Shown here one piece after another: positions 58,451 to 64,000 of a stretch of DNA of 64,000 nucleotides. Under the pieces are notes generated by a model. It made no database searches, had not been told where the DNA came from, and saw only the letters and a program-made list of their open reading frames with translations. This DNA comes from a virus. Within the stretch, counting starts at the first letter, position 1; each line of letters opens with the position of its first letter. Made by a program: the position numbers and the translations under genes. The stretch covers positions 1 through 64,000 of IMG/VR virus record IMGVR_UViG_3300045256_000188. One strand, 5' to 3'.

Positions 58451-59175
58451 TACTTCAGCACCATCGCAACTGCCCGCAGTTGCACCAGGACAGCCTCAGC
58501 ATCGGCGGCGTAGCCGTTAGCGGCCTCGATCGCCTTGTCGCGGGCGGCTGTGGCTTCAGCCCGCTTCTTCTTGAGTTTGGTGATAAGATCAGCCACGTCC
58601 GAAGATGACTTGGCGATAACCTCCAGAGCTTTAATAGTTCGGTTCGTCTCGTTGATGAGCTTCTGCTGTAGGTTGATATCCACTTCAGCGTCAGCCCGCT
58701 GCTGTTTCAGCTTGTTCAACTGGTCGGTCAAATCAGAATGGGTCTTAAGGGACGCCATAGCGATGGTCGCTTGCTCCTCCTCCGTGACTCCCAAAGCGTC
58801 ATAGTCGAAGATGTTGTTATTGTGTTGGATCTCCGTCACAGCACTGACTAGCATCGGCTCGACCGCCGCCGTGTCCGACTCCTCGAATTCCAGCACCTGC
58901 CCAATCTCGAACTGCTTGGAGTTACTACCCACCGCCCGCCGCCGCGAACTGGAGATGCTGAAGATCAGGTCCCCCAAATACTTGCGGTTGTCCAGCGGAG
59001 TGATGGGTTCAGGCTTGTCCCGGCCGCGGTCCACTAGACCGACCGGGATCTTGGGGAACACAAGGTTAGTGCGGGGCGGGGTTGTGTTCGATATCGTGAA
59101 CGTAACATTCCCCCGGTCCTGCGGATTCACCGGCAGGACATCACGGTATAGACCGGTTGGGAATTTGACGATCAC
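58450..59175 (-). CDS. Hypothetical virion protein with coiled coil
   Basis: Stop/start-coupled inside the baseplate operon; heptad C-terminus. Confidence 0.6.
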   Translation of the reverse strand: MIVKFPTGLYRDVLPVNPQDRGNVTFTISNTTPPRTNLVFPKIPVGLVDRGRDKPEPITPLDNRKYLGDLIFSISSSRRRAVGSNSKQFEIGQVLEFEESDTAAVEPMLVSAVTEIQHNNNIFDYDALGVTEEEQATIAMASLKTHSDLTDQLNKLKQQRADAEVDINLQQKLINETNRTIKALEVIAKSSSDVADLITKLKKKRAEATAARDKAIEAANGYAADAEAVLVQLRAVAMVLK

Positions 59176-59185
59176 TGCCTACCCC

Positions 59186-61435
59186 CTAACTTGTCGGGTG
59201 CTCGATTTCGTCCCGCGGGCACTCCTCAAATGGCTCATTGTAAGTTTGGCCACGGTCCGTCGGCTCCAGCTTCGGCACATCCGGCGGATTCACCCTCCCC
59301 ACACGAGCCCCACCCGGCCGTTGACAACCAGTTGTGGTCCGACCCTTGACGCGGACGCGGACATTGAGCCGCACTGGCACGCTCTTATTACCCACCTTGA
59401 CCTTACCGCTGGCAGACCCAGTGCCGACCCCCACCACTTTGTGGGTGCAGATTTGGGCCATAATCCGTCGGCCGAAGTAGGTCTTATTGGTCCGAACCCC
59501 ACCCCCGTTAATAGTGAGCCTAGTACCACCAGCCTCCATCCGAATCGCACGCTGGGCGTACATGTCAATGGTGCCGTTGGATGAGATCTTCACATCCCTC
59601 TTGGCGATGATGTTCACATTCGTCTTAGCGAAGATGGTAATTTCACCTTCGTTGTTGTAAATGGCAATCCGCCGACCTTTCTCATCCATCCATATGAACA
59701 TCTTCTTACCCTTGCGGGCACGCCAAATACCAAGTTTCTCCTGCTTACTCCACCACATCCCGCGGTGCTGAGAATCGACAATCTCCGTCCAGGGACCATC
59801 CCCAGACCGCCCGTCCCGCATCTCCACGCCCTGCTGGAACTTGGACCCCGATTTCTCAGCCGGCATCATCGGCCGGGGACCGCCACCACCACGAGTCTTC
59901 AAACGGATATATTCGTTATCGTGATCGAGCTTCAGGTGATGGGAGGTCTTCTCCGGGTTCCGCATCATAGCGGGCTTCCCGATGAACTCGTTCTCTTTGA
60001 TCCCCTCCCACTTCCTGGCCCATTTCTTACCAAGTGAGGCCGACAGTAGCACGTACTGGTAGCGGTCGTTCATCTCCATAGTGAGACCCATCGGGGTGCC
60101 CCACATGGTGTGATTCGCCTTGTCGTTCTCGTTGAACTCCCAGAAGTAACCCTTCCCCTTACCACCGCGTGGAACAGCTTTCACCGACGGTTCACGCCGT
60201 CCCTTGATTAGAACGCCGTTGCCGTGCGGGTCACTCCGCTTGTCGGCACGTTTGTCATCGGAACCACGGTCATCGAGCACGAACTTGAAACCGTGCCGCG
60301 TGACCATCCGCATCCAGCGGGCATCCTTATCCTTCCAGTATTGATCTTCCTTCTCGGACCGCGGCCCCATCTCTTCGGTGATCTTCCGCTTGACGAATTG
60401 ATCTTCTTCAGGGTCGAATCCCTTGTCGTACGCTTGGAATAGCATACCGCCTTTGGTGCGGAGCTTGATCCAGCGGAAATCGTTTTCCGATTCCTCAGAC
60501 AAGATGCGGCGAGGACCGTACTCATCACTCCGCGATTTTGACTTGATTGGTCCCTGTTGTGCCCAGCCAGTGTCCCGCATCTCGAACTTGGAACCATAGC
60601 GGTTCATGATAGAAACGCGGCGGTGATCACCCTTCGGCTCACCCTCATTGAGCACTTTCTGTAGGCACTTCCACCGCTTGATCTCATACTTCTCATCCTT
60701 TTTGAACGAGCCCTCGAACTCGCCGAGTTCGCCGCCATCCTCGTCCTTTTTCCAGTGATAGCCCTGGTCCGACATGATGAACATAGAGCCGTACTTCGTC
60801 ACACGAGCCATATACTTCTTGTCGGGGTCGTTCACCTCCGGCGTTTGTCGCTTCTGCTCGAATTTAGCCTTCTGAACGGCATCGTGGTCCGGTGGCGGCG
60901 GCGGGTCCTTGTGTTCTTCGGGGAAAAAGCCCACGGACGAGTGAATGTCCAAGTTGCCGTAGCGATCCTGCCAGCCGTGGGCCATCGGCCGCCCGTCCTT
61001 CGGCAGGTACTGCTCGTCGTAGTCGTTGGGGCGGTCGGCTGGTTTGCCGTCCTCATTCACCGATAGTGGCGTCTTTTGGAAGATTTGTGGGTAGGCGTAA
61101 TACTTGCGACGGGTAGGTGTGGCGAAGCCAGTCCAGATTGGTCCGTACGGGTGCTGCTTTTCGAAGGTAATCCAGATCCAGTCGCCGATACAGGGGTGTG
61201 AGAATCGCCCAGCCCGTTGGCCACCCAGGTCAAAGGCGGGAACGGCCCAGGGGCAGTCCTCGGCTTCGAGATCGAAATCGTGCATGTCCGGGCACTTGAA
61301 TCGTACCCGATACATGTTAAGGGGGTCGTTGGTTTCGACGACCAGAGCACGGAAATGCCCAGGGAACCGCTCCCAGAGGGTCCGGGTGCGGTGTCCGAAA
61401 AACTTTCCCCAAACGACGTTTAGGTTATCGGCCAC
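59186..61435 (-). CDS. Baseplate hub/spike protein (gp5/VgrG OB-fold-like)
   Basis: RALVVETNDPLNMYRVRFKCP..WA.P..P.IGDWIWITFE; C-terminal beta-helix-like repeats. Confidence 0.75.
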   Translation of the reverse strand: MADNLNVVWGKFFGHRTRTLWERFPGHFRALVVETNDPLNMYRVRFKCPDMHDFDLEAEDCPWAVPAFDLGGQRAGRFSHPCIGDWIWITFEKQHPYGPIWTGFATPTRRKYYAYPQIFQKTPLSVNEDGKPADRPNDYDEQYLPKDGRPMAHGWQDRYGNLDIHSSVGFFPEEHKDPPPPPDHDAVQKAKFEQKRQTPEVNDPDKKYMARVTKYGSMFIMSDQGYHWKKDEDGGELGEFEGSFKKDEKYEIKRWKCLQKVLNEGEPKGDHRRVSIMNRYGSKFEMRDTGWAQQGPIKSKSRSDEYGPRRILSEESENDFRWIKLRTKGGMLFQAYDKGFDPEEDQFVKRKITEEMGPRSEKEDQYWKDKDARWMRMVTRHGFKFVLDDRGSDDKRADKRSDPHGNGVLIKGRREPSVKAVPRGGKGKGYFWEFNENDKANHTMWGTPMGLTMEMNDRYQYVLLSASLGKKWARKWEGIKENEFIGKPAMMRNPEKTSHHLKLDHDNEYIRLKTRGGGGPRPMMPAEKSGSKFQQGVEMRDGRSGDGPWTEIVDSQHRGMWWSKQEKLGIWRARKGKKMFIWMDEKGRRIAIYNNEGEITIFAKTNVNIIAKRDVKISSNGTIDMYAQRAIRMEAGGTRLTINGGGVRTNKTYFGRRIMAQICTHKVVGVGTGSASGKVKVGNKSVPVRLNVRVRVKGRTTTGCQRPGGARVGRVNPPDVPKLEPTDRGQTYNEPFEECPRDEIEHPTS

Positions 61436-61447
61436 AAGTCATTCCTA

Positions 61448-61759
61448 CTACAGAAGCTCGGGTAGAACAATCGCGTCAACCGGATACTCGATCGTGTCAC
61501 CAGTTCGTGGCCAGTTGAGGGGGTCACGCACCTTATTGAAGGCGATCAGGACCCAATCCAGCAAGGGTGTGCTGTAGATCTGGTTGGAGATAAGATCAGG
61601 GCGACCTTCCAGGGCACTAGTGACCCGGAAAACGCCGATGTTCTCCTCGTCTGGCCGCTCCTTGAGGAATGAGAAGCTGACCCAACGACCGTATGTCTCC
61701 TTGCCCTCCACGATTGTAGGAGGGGTTTTCTTGAAACGGGAGAACGTGTCGAGGTCCAT
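61448..61759 (-). CDS. Baseplate wedge gp53/LysM-like protein
   Basis: GRPDLISNQIYSTPLLDWVLIAFN..DP. Confidence 0.8.
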   Translation of the reverse strand: MDLDTFSRFKKTPPTIVEGKETYGRWVSFSFLKERPDEENIGVFRVTSALEGRPDLISNQIYSTPLLDWVLIAFNKVRDPLNWPRTGDTIEYPVDAIVLPELL

Positions 61760-61769
61760 AGCCTACCCC

Positions 61770-62342
61770 TTAGTACCACTTCGTCTCTTCCTCCCGCTTC
61801 AGACCCTTGAGGTCCTGCGTCTCCACTTTGCTACCCCTGGTCCAGAGTCGCAGTTCAATCGTGATATCGGTGCGGAGCGGGTACGCTTTATCGTAATTCT
61901 TGTTGCCACCGGTGCAGTGAGTCACAATCGTCTCAGAGTGCTTCACGTCCACACTCTTGATGCGGCACGACATGGTGTCTGAGCCACCGAAGTTCCACAT
62001 CTTGAAGAAGACGATCAGGTTACGCTGGCCCTGGACATTAGGGTCTTTGGTCCGGGCGAAGTAACCACGCATGATCTTAACTTGCTCGGCCACTTTATCC
62101 GTGGTCCACTCCTGACTACCATCGACGATGTAGGTCCACGTGAGACTGATCTCACGCGGTCCGGACCTCTGGTAGACGGCCACCGGTTCCGTGCCGGGCA
62201 AATTGCCCTCGTGCCACTCGCCCTTACGACTGTCGCTCGTAATCTTGGGTGGGAACTGGAAGACAATCTTGGGGCCATTGTTGAACTGCATGGTGACAGC
62301 ATCAGCAAGGCCCCGGTCGAACTCAGTAATTTGTGCTGGCAT
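61770..62342 (-). CDS. Tail tube initiator-like protein
   Basis: FQFPPKITSDSRKGEW..G.EP...Y..SGPREISL; located between tape measure and gp53-like genes. Confidence 0.6.
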   Translation of the reverse strand: MPAQITEFDRGLADAVTMQFNNGPKIVFQFPPKITSDSRKGEWHEGNLPGTEPVAVYQRSGPREISLTWTYIVDGSQEWTTDKVAEQVKIMRGYFARTKDPNVQGQRNLIVFFKMWNFGGSDTMSCRIKSVDVKHSETIVTHCTGGNKNYDKAYPLRTDITIELRLWTRGSKVETQDLKGLKREEETKWY

Positions 62343-62344
62343 GG

Positions 62345-64000
62345 TTACCTAGCCCATGAGTTAAGTTCGCTACCAAGACCATGGTCACCCTTGTTCATCC
62401 CAGGCAAGTAAGCCTGCAGGATGGCGACGATCTCAGACAGTTCACCCTTACCGCCGGCCGTCATCTCTCCGAGCTTCTCGTCAATAGCTACCAGGGTTTC
62501 GCTCACCTTCACCAGTATCTTCGTGCTCTCATCCTGTGCCTCACGTGCCTCCCCATCGGTTCTATCCATGACCTGGACAGTACTGATAGCCTCAGATCGC
62601 ACCGTCTCCTCGATCCCGGCCTCCCCCGCCGCTCGGATCGCCGGCATCGCCTTGGTTACTACCGCCGTCTCGATCCGGCTGGACGCATTCTCCAGTAGAT
62701 TAGCGTAGTTGTCTAGCATATCGGCCAGTTTGCCGACGTCATCAGTCAAGTTCAACCCCTGACCAAACGCGGTAATCGTCTCGGTCAGTTCCTTGAGGAT
62801 AGCGTTCAGCCGCTCCGCCGGTCCCTGGAAGGCCCGGACACCCTCATCGAGCTTGGAGGCGGCGACCGTTAGGTCGCTGCCCAACTTCTCGATGTCTGGG
62901 ATTGCTCCCAGAGCCTCGTCCGCCATCTCCCGCAGACCCTTCAGCGGGGTATTGTTGAGGGCCTGGAACGAGTCAGCCAGAAGCGACATCGCCGCCCCGA
63001 CCTTCTCCACCCGGTCAATGGTCTTGGAGAAGCGGAAGACCGCAAACTCCAGCACCATCAGCCCGCCGTAGATCGCCCAGGCCGCCGGCCTCATCATGTT
63101 CCCAGCGATCATTAACATCACCGCCGAATCGATCATCCATCCGGCCGCGATCGACAGCACAATCGCCCCGAAGGTGAGGCCCCCGCTCGCGTAGATCGCC
63201 ATATCCCCAGCCACAGCCAGGGTGAACATAGCGTCCATGATATTGAGGGCCGCCATCGGGAGCAGGACACCCGCCACCACCAACTGGATGGCCGCCACGA
63301 AGATATTCCTCGCAGCGATCGACAGGAAGATCGACCCGACCAGGATGATGGCCATCGCACCCAGGTAGAGGACCGATGTGTAGAGGATAACCATCGAAGC
63401 CTCGGCCAGAGCCAGGGCCGCCGGTAGCAGCACGAACGAGGCGAGCAGCAGGACAGAGGACCCCGACAAGAGCAGGAGGCCGGCGGACAGCGACATCTCC
63501 GCGGCCGGCAGCAGGAACTGCATCGCCGTCAGCAGGAGGTTGGCAGCCGGAGCCATCACCACGCCACCGACCAGGAGCAGAACCGCAGCAACCAGCAGGA
63601 ACTGGACACCCCACAGAATCATCGCGATGCCCGTCGCCAGGGGGACACCGGAGATCGCCATGAGCAGGGCCGCCGGCAGCAGCTTCAGTGCCGCTTCCAG
63701 AAGGATCGTCGCCCCAATAAGGACCTGCACCGAAGCCGTCAGCATCACCGAGGCCAGTGACCCCAGCATCCCCACCGCCATCTGCAGGATGATCGTCCCG
63801 AACAGCAGCGGGAACACCCCCTCCTGCAGAGCACGCCCAACGATCGAGATGTAGATGCAACCCAACACCAGTTGGAGCGAAGCAATCCGGAGCATGAGTC
63901 CGGCCGGGAACATGGCGTTAGCCGCCTCTGTCACCTTCGGCATCAACCCCTTCAGGACGTCAAGACTGGAGTCGATCTGCCCGGCCGAGTCGCCCAGCAG
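62345..64000 (-). CDS. Tape measure protein (C-terminal part; 5' end outside the window)
   Basis: Long Ala/Leu/Gly-rich helical repeats upstream of baseplate genes; frame open to the window edge. Confidence 0.7.
   Translation of the reverse strand: MLGDSAGQIDSSLDVLKGLMPKVTEAANAMFPAGLMLRIASLQLVLGCIYISIVGRALQEGVFPLLFGTIILQMAVGMLGSLASVMLTASVQVLIGATILLEAALKLLPAALLMAISGVPLATGIAMILWGVQFLLVAAVLLLVGGVVMAPAANLLLTAMQFLLPAAEMSLSAGLLLLSGSSVLLLASFVLLPAALALAEASMVILYTSVLYLGAMAIILVGSIFLSIAARNIFVAAIQLVVAGVLLPMAALNIMDAMFTLAVAGDMAIYASGGLTFGAIVLSIAAGWMIDSAVMLMIAGNMMRPAAWAIYGGLMVLEFAVFRFSKTIDRVEKVGAAMSLLADSFQALNNTPLKGLREMADEALGAIPDIEKLGSDLTVAASKLDEGVRAFQGPAERLNAILKELTETITAFGQGLNLTDDVGKLADMLDNYANLLENASSRIETAVVTKAMPAIRAAGEAGIEETVRSEAISTVQVMDRTDGEAREAQDESTKILVKVSETLVAIDEKLGEMTAGGKGELSEIVAILQAYLPGMNKGDHGLGSELNSWAR

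Noticed and set aside
1-64000. tRNA, rRNA or group I/II introns
   Set aside because: No cloverleaf or rRNA-like stretch recognised by eye; all large insertions in core genes are in-frame with intein termini.

Overview
This window is a 64-kb segment of a large T4-like (myovirus/jumbo-type) phage genome. The host is probably a Planctomycete, inferred from the sigma-70 gene, a captured ABC-permease fragment and signal-peptide proteins. The left ~13 kb is accessory: sigma-70, metallophosphoesterase, PQ-loop protein, glycosyltransferase fusion, a GC-rich papain-like peptidase block, an orphan TnpB omega-RNA-like end and pseudogenes. Next come two nuclease/DNA-modification fusion genes behind the major capsid gene, then the head module (gp23-like capsid, scaffold, gp21-like protease, large core protein, gp20-like portal, gp17-like terminase). 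These are followed by a gp55-like late sigma, a UvsW-like helicase, a class II ribonucleotide reductase, a broken pyrF and the baseplate/tail module. Five genes carry 15 inteins that I can delimit. The most unusual signals are: (1) a helicase intein whose interior is an intact endonuclease gene on the opposite strand, with both frames open; (2) two paralogous inteins back-to-back with no extein at a catalytic Cys of the RNR; (3) a LAGLIDADG-methyltransferase cassette that appears to have replaced the capsid gene 3' end with a recoded copy, leaving the old end downstream. All calls come from motif reading only; no searches were run.
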